Positions 7,371 through 16,656 of a stretch of DNA of 43,117 bases are shown here, one piece after another; the first letter of the stretch is position 1, and each line of letters starts with the position of its first letter. The position numbers and the translations under genes are program-made. Source of the stretch: an uncultured Pseudomonadota bacterium (GTDB lineage: Bacteria > Babelota > Babeliae > Babelales > UBA12409); the NCBI GenBank assembly GCA_964549515.1, contig CAZJVC010000001.1, positions 10,011 to 53,127 on the forward strand. Direction: 5' to 3'. The notes under the pieces were generated by a model. That model did not search any database. It had not been told where the DNA came from and saw only the letters and a list, made by a program, of their open reading frames with translations.

Positions 7371-9710
7371 TTATCCCTGCTCAATCACGCGCACCAAACT
7401 GCCAAGCGCCGTTTTTTCAATAAAGAAATGAACCGGAAACTGATCCTTCATCGTAGATAAATGTGAAACAACAATAATCTTCGCAAAATCATCCTGAATC
7501 TTATACAAAGCATCCATGATAAGGGAAAGCCCATCTTCATCTTGTGAACCAAACCCCTCATCAATGATCAACGTTTGCAATGATGCCCCCGCACGACGTG
7601 CTAAAAGCTTCGAGATTGCAATGCGCAGTGCAAAGTCGATGCGAAACGCCTCTCCACCAGAAAAAAGCTCATACGGGCGAATTCCTGCGTTATCTGATAT
7701 TTTAATATCAAGCGTCTCTCGTGTGCCGCCTTTTTTTAAATCACGTACAGATTCAATCATAATTTGAGCATTCTGATCACTTAGCTGTGCAAGAAGCTTA
7801 TTAGCCTCTTCCTCTATCTCCGGAATGACCGACTCAATAAGTAATGCTTGAATACCATCCTTACCTAACGCCTCGCTGATTACTTTATATTCTGCAATTT
7901 CACTCTCAAGGGACTTTTTTGTCACTTCGTACTTTTTTCGTTCTATAGATAACTTTTGGATACGAAGCTGCTCATGCTCCAAGCGCGTTTTTTGCTGCAA
8001 TAACTGATTTCCTTTTTCAGTATGTTGAAGCATAAGTTGCTGAATCTCTATCTCGCGCTCTTTAAACTCTGTCTCTTTTTGATCAAATGAAACGTTCTTT
8101 TTGAATTGCGCTAAGTCTTGTTCGGCAATCTGTCGTTGCGTTAACAATTTTTTATATTGTATATCCTGCTCAAGCTCATTTTGTTGCTTGTTTTTCAATT
8201 CTTGCAATTTTTGCTGCACAACATACGCCTGTTCTTTTAATCTTTTTTTTGTCTCTTCAGATTGGGTCAAAACTTTAACATGCTTTTCAAACTCTGTGTG
8301 TATGATAAAAGAACGCACAGAAATATCTTTATACTGAGATTCAACAGTAATAATATGCTGCACTTCTTTTTCCAGCTCTTTTATGCGGCCATGCTCAAGC
8401 ATCAACAAATCTTTAGATTCCTGAACAAATAACTTAATACGCCTAAGACGATGCTGATAAAAAGATACTTTTTTTTTCAATGTATATTTAAGTTGTTCTC
8501 TGGTTTTACCAGAAAGTGACTGCTCACATAATGGACATACACTATCTTTGCATGAACTCGCTTGCTTCTCATGATCAAGCACAATACGCAATTCACGATC
8601 AACTAAATTACCATTCCCAATCATACGTTGATACACATCTTTGCGTCTTTCAAAAAGTTCTCGCGCTGCAACATGCGACTTTGTTATTTGATCTTTTCTT
8701 GCAAGCTCTTTTTCATAATTCGTTAAAACCTTACGAATACTCTTAAATTCATCATCTAATGTTTTTTTCTGTTTCTCGATATATGAATGCCGTTCTTCTG
8801 CTGCCTGACATTGTGAAAGTAATCTTGCCCCCAAAACCTCTTGCTCTTTATGTACCTGTGTACATTTTAACTCATAGGCATGATTATACACTTGAAGCTT
8901 TTCACCATTTTGAGCACACACACGCTCTAACAAATAAATTTTCTCTTTGTGTGAATATAACTCATCACGGTCCTTTTGCACTTCTTTTTGTTTAACGACT
9001 AATGCAGCAGCCTCTTCTTTAAGAACCACCTCTTCATGCTCCAAGCTCCCTAACGTTTCTTCTAATGTTTTGAGCTCATCAACCTCTTCATTCAATAGCT
9101 CAAGCAATTGCTTAAGGCCATCACGCTTGCTGGCGCGCTCTCGTATTTTTTCTAGCACCACTTTACGAATGCGCTCATAATAATCTAATCCTAAAATCAG
9201 CGCTAAAATCTCTTTTCTTTCTCGCGCTGATTTTTTAGAAAACTCATTTGCTTGCCCCTGACGTAAAAATACAGAATTCGCAAAAGTCTCGAAATTAAGC
9301 CCTACAATCTCTTCAATTTTTTGTTGCGTTGCGCGAATTGTCTTCTCTGTTAGCGGCTTAAGTTTTTTTTCACTTTGATCATACAGACCAAATTCCAGCG
9401 TAGATCGTGCTTTTGAGCCACATAAAACAAGCTCCCGGTAAACACTGTATCGTTCGCCTTGGCACAAAAAATCAAATTGAACCGACATTTTATCATTGCC
9501 AAGCCGAATAAGAGCTTCATCAGCACGCGAAACACCACTTACCTTGCGCGCATGCCCCCATACTGACCACGTTATTGCATCAAGAAGTGCTGATTTCCCG
9601 TGCCCATTTTTTCCAGATAGGCACATAAGCGTATACGGTTCAAAATTTATCAACTGTTCTGTGTCGCCATAACTTAAAAAATTTCGTATCTTGAGTTGAA
9701 TTGGAATCAT
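7371..9710 (-). CDS. sbcC: SbcC-family DNA repair exonuclease ATPase subunit of the SMC/Rad50 type (779 aa).
   Basis: The N-terminus has a Walker A motif (LSGKNGHGKSALLDAITWSVWG), followed by a long coiled coil. There is a central CPLC zinc hook, and the C-terminus has a Walker B/D-loop (LIIDEGFGSQDEDG). Confidence 0.85.
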   Translation of the reverse strand: MIPIQLKIRNFLSYGDTEQLINFEPYTLMCLSGKNGHGKSALLDAITWSVWGHARKVSGVSRADEALIRLGNDKMSVQFDFLCQGERYSVYRELVLCGSKARSTLEFGLYDQSEKKLKPLTEKTIRATQQKIEEIVGLNFETFANSVFLRQGQANEFSKKSARERKEILALILGLDYYERIRKVVLEKIRERASKRDGLKQLLELLNEEVDELKTLEETLGSLEHEEVVLKEEAAALVVKQKEVQKDRDELYSHKEKIYLLERVCAQNGEKLQVYNHAYELKCTQVHKEQEVLGARLLSQCQAAEERHSYIEKQKKTLDDEFKSIRKVLTNYEKELARKDQITKSHVAARELFERRKDVYQRMIGNGNLVDRELRIVLDHEKQASSCKDSVCPLCEQSLSGKTREQLKYTLKKKVSFYQHRLRRIKLFVQESKDLLMLEHGRIKELEKEVQHIITVESQYKDISVRSFIIHTEFEKHVKVLTQSEETKKRLKEQAYVVQQKLQELKNKQQNELEQDIQYKKLLTQRQIAEQDLAQFKKNVSFDQKETEFKEREIEIQQLMLQHTEKGNQLLQQKTRLEHEQLRIQKLSIERKKYEVTKKSLESEIAEYKVISEALGKDGIQALLIESVIPEIEEEANKLLAQLSDQNAQIMIESVRDLKKGGTRETLDIKISDNAGIRPYELFSGGEAFRIDFALRIAISKLLARRAGASLQTLIIDEGFGSQDEDGLSLIMDALYKIQDDFAKIIVVSHLSTMKDQFPVHFFIEKTALGSLVRVIEQG

Positions 9711-9790
9711 ATGTTTTACTGGCCTCTTTATTGATAGCTTTATTTAGTTTAAAATAAACTACAAAAAAGTGAATAATTTAGGAATTATCA

Positions 9791-11194
9791 ATGCAAGCAG
9801 AAACGTTCAAAAAATACGACATCCGAGGCATCGTCAACAAAGATCTCATTATCGAAGATACTTATAAAGTTGCCCAAGCCATTGCTCACCATTTTAAACA
9901 AAAAAATCCAAATGTCACCGATCTTGTAGTTGGCATGGATGGACGAATACATTCACCCGCAATCAAAGAACAAATCTGCAACGGATTACGTGACAGCGGA
10001 ATTAATGTTACATTCATCGGCGTATGTTCAACACCAATTTTTTACTTTGCCAATGAAACACTCGATGCAGACGGAGGCATCATGATTACAGCCTCACACA
10101 ACCCTAAAATATATAATGGTCTAAAAATTACTTTTAATAAAAAAAGTGTATTTGATGCAGAAATTCAAGCAATTAAAGATCTCTTTTTTAATGGTACTTT
10201 TTCAAAAACATTAATGCGTGGCTCATATAACGAAAAATCGGTAACCGATGCATACATTCAAATGCTCGTTAATAATTTTAGTCATTTAAAAAACAAACCA
10301 ATAAATGCCATAATCGATTGCGCGCATGGAGCAACTGCAGTTGTCATTCCTGAGCTAGTTAAACAAATGAACTGGGAAAATGTTAAGCTCATGTACGCAA
10401 CAATAGATGGCGCATTCCCTGCACATGAAGCAGATCCAACAAAACCAGAAAACACTAAAGAATTACGACAAAGAATCAAAGAACACAATATCAACATCGG
10501 TATCAGCTTTGATGGCGATGGTGATCGAATGTGCGCATTAACAGAAAATGGCACCATGATGAGCGGTGACGAACTCACAACAATTTTTTGTGAAGCTATT
10601 AAAAAAGAAGTCGGGCCATTCAATCTCGTTTCTGACATTAAATGCGCAAGCGCCTTACTCAAAAAATTAAAAGAATTAGATCTTACTTGTACACTTACCC
10701 CATGTGGCATTGGCTTTGTTCGTGAAGCTATGCGCAAAACACATGCACTTTTTGGCGGAGAGCTCAGCTGTCATTTCTGTTTTAATGATCGATACTTTGG
10801 ATATGATGATGGCGTATATGCCATGATGCGACTCTTTGAATTGCTTGATAAGCAACAAACAAAATTAAGCACTCTGTATAACCAATTACCACAACGTTTT
10901 TGTTCTCCTGAATTACGTTTAGAAAGTTCACACGACAAAAAATGGACTATTGTCAAAGAAATTAAAAATAAACTCGCGCAACGAGATGACATAAAACTTA
11001 CAACCATTGACGGCATACGCGCAGAAACATCATACGGATGCGCAACATTGCGCGCTTCAAATACTGAGCCGGTTATTTCTACAAGATTTGAAGGTTCAAA
11101 TCCAAGCAATCTCAATAAAATTATTTCTGAATTTTATGACTTATTAGTACCGTATTTCGACGAATCATATATAACGAATAAATTAAGTGAATAA
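9791..11194 (+). CDS. Phosphomannomutase/phosphoglucomutase.
   Basis: It carries the active-site motif TASHNPKIYNGLK, the metal-binding motif FDGDGDR, and an N-terminus (KKYDIRGIV) typical of ManB/AlgC. Confidence 0.9.
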   Translation: MQAETFKKYDIRGIVNKDLIIEDTYKVAQAIAHHFKQKNPNVTDLVVGMDGRIHSPAIKEQICNGLRDSGINVTFIGVCSTPIFYFANETLDADGGIMITASHNPKIYNGLKITFNKKSVFDAEIQAIKDLFFNGTFSKTLMRGSYNEKSVTDAYIQMLVNNFSHLKNKPINAIIDCAHGATAVVIPELVKQMNWENVKLMYATIDGAFPAHEADPTKPENTKELRQRIKEHNINIGISFDGDGDRMCALTENGTMMSGDELTTIFCEAIKKEVGPFNLVSDIKCASALLKKLKELDLTCTLTPCGIGFVREAMRKTHALFGGELSCHFCFNDRYFGYDDGVYAMMRLFELLDKQQTKLSTLYNQLPQRFCSPELRLESSHDKKWTIVKEIKNKLAQRDDIKLTTIDGIRAETSYGCATLRASNTEPVISTRFEGSNPSNLNKIISEFYDLLVPYFDESYITNKLSE

Positions 11195-12005
11195 ACAAGT
11201 TGGCATTCATATAATATTGCATAAAACAATAACACAGGTTGCGCAAAAAGCTCTCGAGCTTGAAATTCCTATATTCCAAACATTTGCTATTACCAACGCT
11301 AAGCAACCATTTGTTCTAACAGAGCAAGATAAAAAGTCCTTTTTACAAATACGGCACAATTTTGACGCCATCTTTTTGCATGCTTCATATTGGATCAATT
11401 GTGCAAACAATAAGTCCAAGGCTGAACGACTGCTTTCACGCGAAATTATTATTGCACAAAATCTTGAAATTCCTTTTATTGTTCTTCACCCTGGCGCAAT
11501 TGCGCCAGATCAATCAAGAAAAGAAGGAATCGATTTAATCGCACAGCGCATCAATACAATTCTGTCTAAATTTCCAAACATCGTGATATTGCTAGAAAAC
11601 ATCGCTCACGATAAACGTTCAATTGGCGGTAACATCAAGGACCTTTCCCTAATCATGAACAATATCGACAAACCAGAACGTGTAGGCTTTTGCATTGATA
11701 CAGCTCATGCATACGTGTATGGATACAACATTGCCGACGAAGATGAACAAAAAAACTTTATAGATGAGCTTAAAGCAATCAATATTCTTGATCGAATCAA
11801 ATTAATACACCTTAACGACACCATGGAACACTGTGGCTCTAAAATTGATATACACGCAGCTCCTGGCGACGGATTAATTGGAAAGAAAGCGCTTCAAGCA
11901 TTTATTTCTCATCCTGCGTTCCAAACAACACCGCTCATTCTTGAAATACCAAAACTTGAAGATTCTCAAGAAGCTCATATAGTAAAAACAATAACGAAAT
12001 GGTAA
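11187..12005 (+). CDS. nfo: Endonuclease IV, an apurinic/apyrimidinic endonuclease with a xylose-isomerase-like TIM barrel.
   Basis: The motifs CIDTAHAYVYGYN, HLNDTMEHCGSKIDIH and PLILEIP match conserved Nfo metal-ligand motifs. The apparent GTG start overlaps the stop of the upstream gene. Confidence 0.8.
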   Translation: MNKQVGIHIILHKTITQVAQKALELEIPIFQTFAITNAKQPFVLTEQDKKSFLQIRHNFDAIFLHASYWINCANNKSKAERLLSREIIIAQNLEIPFIVLHPGAIAPDQSRKEGIDLIAQRINTILSKFPNIVILLENIAHDKRSIGGNIKDLSLIMNNIDKPERVGFCIDTAHAYVYGYNIADEDEQKNFIDELKAINILDRIKLIHLNDTMEHCGSKIDIHAAPGDGLIGKKALQAFISHPAFQTTPLILEIPKLEDSQEAHIVKTITKW

Positions 12006-12018
12006 GGAAAAAACTGTT

Positions 12019-13080
12019 ATGATCAATATAGCATTGAATGGATTTGGTAGGATTGGAAGAAACTTTTTACGATCACTAATCACCGACAAAACCGCTCAAA
12101 AAACACTCAATTTAGTCGCCCTTAATATCGGGCCAGCAAATCTCAATGATCTTGTCTATTCGGTTAAATATGATTCGCTAATGGGAACATTTGACGGAAA
12201 TGTTTCATATAGCAATGACATACTAACTATCAATAATCTTGAAATCAAAGTTTTAACTGAATGTAATCCAGAAAATCTTCCATGGAAAGATCTTCAAATC
12301 GACTGGGTTGTGGAGGCAACCGGACGCTTCACCAATCGACCTGACGCAAAAAAACATTTAGAGGCAGGCGCCAAAAAAGTTCTTATTTCGGCACCAGCGA
12401 CAGATGAAGATTGCTCAATCGTTCCTGGGGTTAATGATGAAGTATATAAAAATAGTGACACTATCATTTCACTTGGAAGTTGTACAACCAACGCACTTGC
12501 ACCAACATTATATGTCATCAACAACGAATTTGGAATTGAAAGTGGAGCACTCACAACAATCCATTCATACACCAACTCACAAGTATTACTCGATGTCGAT
12601 GATACAAAAACCCGCCTCACACGAGCAGCTGCAATCAACATGATTCCATCTTCAACTGGTGCCACCAAGGTAATCGGCAAAGTAATACCTGAGTTAAAAG
12701 GAAAAATCATCGGAAATTCCGTTCGTATTCCGATACCAAAAATTTCATTAATTGATGTTGTCGTTAAACTAAAAAAAGAAGCTTCAAAAGAAGCTATCAA
12801 TAAAGCCTTTGAACAAGCAAAACAAAATTATCCTGTTCAGGATAATCCTGAACAGGATAATCCTGAACAGGATAATCCTGAAAAAAATCGCCTAAAAGGT
12901 ATCTTAGATATTACGTATGAGCCGTTGGTATCAATAGATTATTATGGAAACCCGCACTCTGTCATTATTGATGCCCAGCTAACCGAAACACACGGCAACT
13001 TGGCAAAAATATTTGGCTGGTATGACAATGAATGGGCATACAGCGTGCGCATGAAAGAGTTTCTAATTAAGCACAGATAA
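12019..13080 (+). CDS. gap: Glyceraldehyde-3-phosphate dehydrogenase with an in-frame repeat insertion near its C-terminus.
   Basis: It has the NGFGRIGR Rossmann motif, the SCTTN catalytic Cys region and a WYDNEWAYS C-terminus. A QDNPEQDNPEQDNPE insertion is encoded at 12832-12882. Confidence 0.9.
   Translation: MINIALNGFGRIGRNFLRSLITDKTAQKTLNLVALNIGPANLNDLVYSVKYDSLMGTFDGNVSYSNDILTINNLEIKVLTECNPENLPWKDLQIDWVVEATGRFTNRPDAKKHLEAGAKKVLISAPATDEDCSIVPGVNDEVYKNSDTIISLGSCTTNALAPTLYVINNEFGIESGALTTIHSYTNSQVLLDVDDTKTRLTRAAAINMIPSSTGATKVIGKVIPELKGKIIGNSVRIPIPKISLIDVVVKLKKEASKEAINKAFEQAKQNYPVQDNPEQDNPEQDNPEKNRLKGILDITYEPLVSIDYYGNPHSVIIDAQLTETHGNLAKIFGWYDNEWAYSVRMKEFLIKHR
12832..12882. repeat. Three tandem copies of caggataatcctgaa of the CAGG/CCTG palindromic family, lying in frame within gap.
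   Basis: The sequence cctgttcagg(ataatcctgaacagg)x2ataatcctgaa can be read directly. Each CAGG-ATAAT-CCTG is a hairpin-capable palindrome. Confidence 0.9.
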
Positions 13081-13136
13081 ACTGAAATAGCGCTTTACTA
13101 AAAAACCAAAGTACTTTAAGATTATAAGTGTATGGA

Positions 13137-13212
13137 GGGCCCATAGCTCAGTGGTTAGAGCAGTCGGCTCATAACCGAAAGGTCCCAGGTTCAAATCCTG
13201 GTGGGCCCACCA
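13137..13212 (+). tRNA. tRNA with anticodon CAU (Met; the lysidine-Ile alternative cannot be excluded), with an encoded CCA end.
   Basis: The acceptor stem is gggccca/tgggccc, the D-arm is tagctcagtggttagagc, the anticodon loop is ctCATaa, the T-arm is ggttcaaatcc, and a 3' CCA follows a discriminator A. The gene is 76 nt. Confidence 0.85.
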
Positions 13213-13322
13213 GGCAAAAACCGTTCATCTGGCATAAACATCAAAGCTCAGCACCTGCCATCGATATTTTATTGACGCGGATAATGGTAAAAAAGAAATC
13301 CACAACAGCTTAAACTTAAAGA

Positions 13323-14090
13323 GTGATCATGGAACATCATCCACTAGAATCATTCATAAATCTCATAGAATTTGATCGTCAAATTGCAAAAGAAGCAACG
13401 GCTATTGCACTGCTAAAACATGAATCGCAACAAATAGAAGAACAGCAAAAAAAACTTGCGGCTGGACTAAAAAATGCAGCTGATCATGTTAATAAAGCTC
13501 AAAAAAGCGTTCATGAATACGAACTTACTATGAAGGAACTTGACGCCTCCGAAAAAGAAAAAAAGAAGCTTTTAGAAAAATCAGAATCTCAAACAGTTTA
13601 CGAGTCACTAAAAAAAGAGATTAATTTCCTTAAAAAATCTCAGTATGACCATGAAAAACAACTCGTACAATGTTGGAAAGAATTAGAAGCAGCACAAAAA
13701 GTTTTTGATGATAATAAATCAAAATTTGATAAAAAAAATGAAGCACTACAAAAACAACTTCAGGAAAAAAGCGACACAATCAGCACACTACAAAAAGGCA
13801 TAGATACCTTTAATAATGAGCGCCTAGAGAAAGAACAAAGTGTTCCTGGCGAATGGCTCGAAAAATACAATGTCATGCGCAAACAAACAGCTGATCCAAT
13901 TGTGCCCGTAGAATTTGGTGGATGCAGCGGCTGTTTTGCACAATTACCACCACAGGATTTAATAGATTTAAAACGAAAAAAACTTATTCAGTGTAGCTCT
14001 TGTTACCGTTTTTTATATCTCCCCGAAGAACCCACCTCGCATGATAAAAAAGTAGAAACAACAGGCAAAGACAAAGAGTCACGTGAATAA
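13323..14090 (+). CDS. Zinc-ribbon-domain coiled-coil protein of the COG1579/DUF164 family.
   Basis: It is about 230 aa of coiled coil rich in E, K and Q, followed by a C-terminal CSGC...17 aa...CSSC Cys4 ribbon. Confidence 0.6.
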   Translation: MIMEHHPLESFINLIEFDRQIAKEATAIALLKHESQQIEEQQKKLAAGLKNAADHVNKAQKSVHEYELTMKELDASEKEKKKLLEKSESQTVYESLKKEINFLKKSQYDHEKQLVQCWKELEAAQKVFDDNKSKFDKKNEALQKQLQEKSDTISTLQKGIDTFNNERLEKEQSVPGEWLEKYNVMRKQTADPIVPVEFGGCSGCFAQLPPQDLIDLKRKKLIQCSSCYRFLYLPEEPTSHDKKVETTGKDKESRE

Positions 14091-14586
14091 CCAGTTGTCA
14101 TTTTTTGGCAAAAAAAGCCCTTCAACACAGACGCCAGGGTTTGTTCTGTACGTCGACGGTGCGGCACGAAATAATCCGGGCCCTTCAGGTGTTGGTATCT
14201 ATCTTCGCCGAAATAACACAGTTCTTTTCGAGGATGGCTTTTATATTGGCTCAAAAACAAATAATCAAGCAGAGTACCTTGCCCTCATCCTTGGCATTTT
14301 AGCCGCTAATCAATACAAAAAATCTGACGAATTATTAACAATTTATAGTGATTCAGAACTTCTTATCAAACAAATGAAGGGTCTATATCGCGTTAAAAAT
14401 CCAAAACTGCAACAACTTCATCATGTTGCATATATCTTGAGCCAATTGTCAGACTGTTCTTTTAATCATGTCGTTCGATCAAAAAATACAAAAGCTGACG
14501 CCTTAGCAAATCGAGGAATAGAAACTAAAAAAGAGATCCCTGTAGCATACAAACAGGTGTTAGATGAATATCATATTCAAATTTAG
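14083..14586 (+). CDS. rnhA: Ribonuclease HI.
   Basis: It shows the RNase H fold pattern: YVDGAARNNPGPSGVGIYL, TNNQAEYLALI, YSDSELLIKQM and KADALAN. Confidence 0.8.
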   Translation: MNNQLSFFGKKSPSTQTPGFVLYVDGAARNNPGPSGVGIYLRRNNTVLFEDGFYIGSKTNNQAEYLALILGILAANQYKKSDELLTIYSDSELLIKQMKGLYRVKNPKLQQLHHVAYILSQLSDCSFNHVVRSKNTKADALANRGIETKKEIPVAYKQVLDEYHIQI

Positions 14587-15712
14587 CATTATTGTATTTC
14601 TAGTTACACTGTATTCACAACAAGAAATGCCATTTCTCAACATCAAAGTCCTTCTTAATGCTGTGCCAAGAACAGAGCGTCAGATTATCACTATAAAAAG
14701 TTCAAATGGCCTTATGCTTGCCGGTTCATCCTGCCCAACAAAAAAATATTTTTTTAAAGATCAGTTAGTGCTGACAATTAAAGATATAAATTTTTATATC
14801 AATTCACAAAAAAAATCTGACAAAATCTTTCGAATAACACCTCTCGATGGCACAATTACACTCAACAACATTACCTACGCAGGCTCGATTTATATCTACA
14901 TCAATGACAAAAACATTGAAATTATCAATAAATTGCCCTTAGAAGATTATATTGATTCCGTTCTACGCACTGAAGGTTGGCCTGGATGGCCCCTTGAAAC
15001 ATATAAAATTTTTGCCATTACATGTCGAAGCTATGTCATTTATCAAGTACAACATACACGCAAACAAAAAAAACATTTTCACATTGGTTCAACAAATGCC
15101 CATCAAACATATCGTGGTATGCATACATGTCAAACAATCAAAGATGCCGTTAATGAAACGACAGGAGTCGTCATCTCATATAAAAAACAGCCAATATTGG
15201 CAATGTTTGACTCATGTTGCGGTGGCATAACGCCAGCACACACAACTGGCATTGTTAATCTTAAAGAAGCCCCTTATTTAGCTCGACCATATCCATGCAC
15301 CTATTGCAAAGGATTAAAAATTTATTCGTGGAAAAAAAATGTATCACTCAATTCTTTCAAGCAAACATTACAAGAACTTTATCCTAAGATCGGAAAAATA
15401 CAAAACATTGAAACAATCCACGACAAAGCTGGCATAGTCCAAAACTTACGTGTAAAAGATACAAAAAAAACTTACACCGTAAATGGAAAAAAACTTTATT
15501 CTCTCTTCCCCGATATAAATAGTTTTGCATTTACAGTAACAAAAAAACGTAACAATGTTCTTATCGCAGGAACAGGATATGGTCATCACATCGGCTTATG
15601 CCAATGGGGCGCCAATGAACTCGTAAAAAAGAAATGGAACTATAAAAAAGTTCTTAACTTTTATTATCCAGGAACCACTTTGTTGAGATTAAAAAAAAAG
15701 AATAGTGAATGA
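14564..15712 (+). CDS. SpoIID/LytB-domain protein, a putative amidase activator or cell-wall remodelling protein.
   Basis: It has an N-terminal signal/TM segment. The motif LEDYIDSVLRTEGWPGWPLETYKIFAITCRSYVI matches the SpoIID core, and there is a later CCGG motif. Confidence 0.65.
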   Translation: MNIIFKFSIIVFLVTLYSQQEMPFLNIKVLLNAVPRTERQIITIKSSNGLMLAGSSCPTKKYFFKDQLVLTIKDINFYINSQKKSDKIFRITPLDGTITLNNITYAGSIYIYINDKNIEIINKLPLEDYIDSVLRTEGWPGWPLETYKIFAITCRSYVIYQVQHTRKQKKHFHIGSTNAHQTYRGMHTCQTIKDAVNETTGVVISYKKQPILAMFDSCCGGITPAHTTGIVNLKEAPYLARPYPCTYCKGLKIYSWKKNVSLNSFKQTLQELYPKIGKIQNIETIHDKAGIVQNLRVKDTKKTYTVNGKKLYSLFPDINSFAFTVTKKRNNVLIAGTGYGHHIGLCQWGANELVKKKWNYKKVLNFYYPGTTLLRLKKKNSE

Positions 15713-16155
15713 ATTATAGAAGCCATCTCATCGGCGGAGCAGTTGTCTATACAATTTTGTTATATCTATTAAATCTTTTTAATGTAACATTAACACTTGA
15801 ACAAAAATGTATCGCTCTCATTATCTGCCTATTCGGCGCCCTCTTTCCTGACGTTGATACAAAAAGCAAAATACAAATTTGGCTATATCGTGTTGCCTTT
15901 ATCTCGCTACTTATTTTGGCAATCTTGTTTCCTTACAATCCCTATATCTGGGTAGGGGCACTAATTTTACTCACACCACTCATCGTCAACCATCGCGGAA
16001 TTTTTCACAATATCTGGTTTCTCACATTATTCCCTATCGGAGTAGCTCTTGTACTTAGTAACTTTTATCCACAAAATCAACTTTTCTTTTTTATCATGAC
16101 AAGTTTTTTTATCGGTGGAACATTATCACATCTTATTCTCGACCGATGGAAATAA
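15709..16155 (+). CDS. Membrane-bound metal-dependent hydrolase of the DUF457/YdjM-like family.
   Basis: It has four predicted TM segments with an HxxxG...PDVD...HxxxD-like motif arrangement. Confidence 0.5.
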   Translation: MNYRSHLIGGAVVYTILLYLLNLFNVTLTLEQKCIALIICLFGALFPDVDTKSKIQIWLYRVAFISLLILAILFPYNPYIWVGALILLTPLIVNHRGIFHNIWFLTLFPIGVALVLSNFYPQNQLFFFIMTSFFIGGTLSHLILDRWK

Positions 16156-16205
16156 AATAAAAGTAATCTATCACCGACCTTGTCAGTGGTTCTGTCTTAA
16201 AAAAT

Positions 16206-16236
16206 AAGGGCGCTTTAAAAAGCGCCCTTATTTTTA
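16206..16236. terminator. Bidirectional rho-independent terminator between the convergent DUF457 gene and rplQ.
   Basis: The stem aagggcgc/gcgccctt has A/T runs on both sides. Confidence 0.75.
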
Positions 16237-16249
16237 GAATACCAAACTT

Positions 16250-16645
16250 TTATTTGGTTGATTCAGTTGTCTCTTCAATTGCTACACCTTCAACCCATGT
16301 TAAACGACCCATCGGTGCAGTATCACTCACGCGACGTCCCATTGGGATAATACGTGTGTAACCGCCTGGTCTATCTTTATAGGCTGGTGCAATTTCTTTA
16401 AACAATTTAACTAATGCACTGTCTTTGTATGGCAACAATTGTCTTGCACGACGACGAACATTAAAATCGTTACCTTTACGTGCTAATGTAACCAACTTCT
16501 CTGCAAGCTGCTGTACTGCTTTAAGATGCGGCTTTGTTGTTTGCAAAGAACCATACTCAATAAGATGAATCACCTGATTGCGCAAGAGTGCGCGACGATG
16601 TGGTTCTCTTAAATTTAATTTACTTCTAGCTTTACGATGTCTCAT
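16250..16645 (-). CDS. rplQ: 50S ribosomal protein L17.
   Basis: Sequence conservation and its operon position after rpoA. Confidence 0.9.
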   Translation of the reverse strand: MRHRKARSKLNLREPHRRALLRNQVIHLIEYGSLQTTKPHLKAVQQLAEKLVTLARKGNDFNVRRRARQLLPYKDSALVKLFKEIAPAYKDRPGGYTRIIPMGRRVSDTAPMGRLTWVEGVAIEETTESTK

Positions 16646-16656
16646 GATTTAGCTCT

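Noticed and set aside
7516-9538. Small ORFs inside or antisense to sbcC (7516..7767, 8101..8337, 8516..8746, 8759..8995, 8947..9180, 9350..9538).
   Set aside because: They are embedded in the sbcC coding region and show no independent support.
13128-13313. ORF 13128..13313 (61 aa).
   Set aside because: It overlaps the tRNA gene on the same strand and reads through a structured RNA.
13262-13322. A possible promoter (TTGACG ... TAAAAA) upstream of the COG1579 gene.
   Set aside because: The spacing between the candidate -35 and any -10-like hexamer does not fit 16-18 nt, so it is not reported as a feature.
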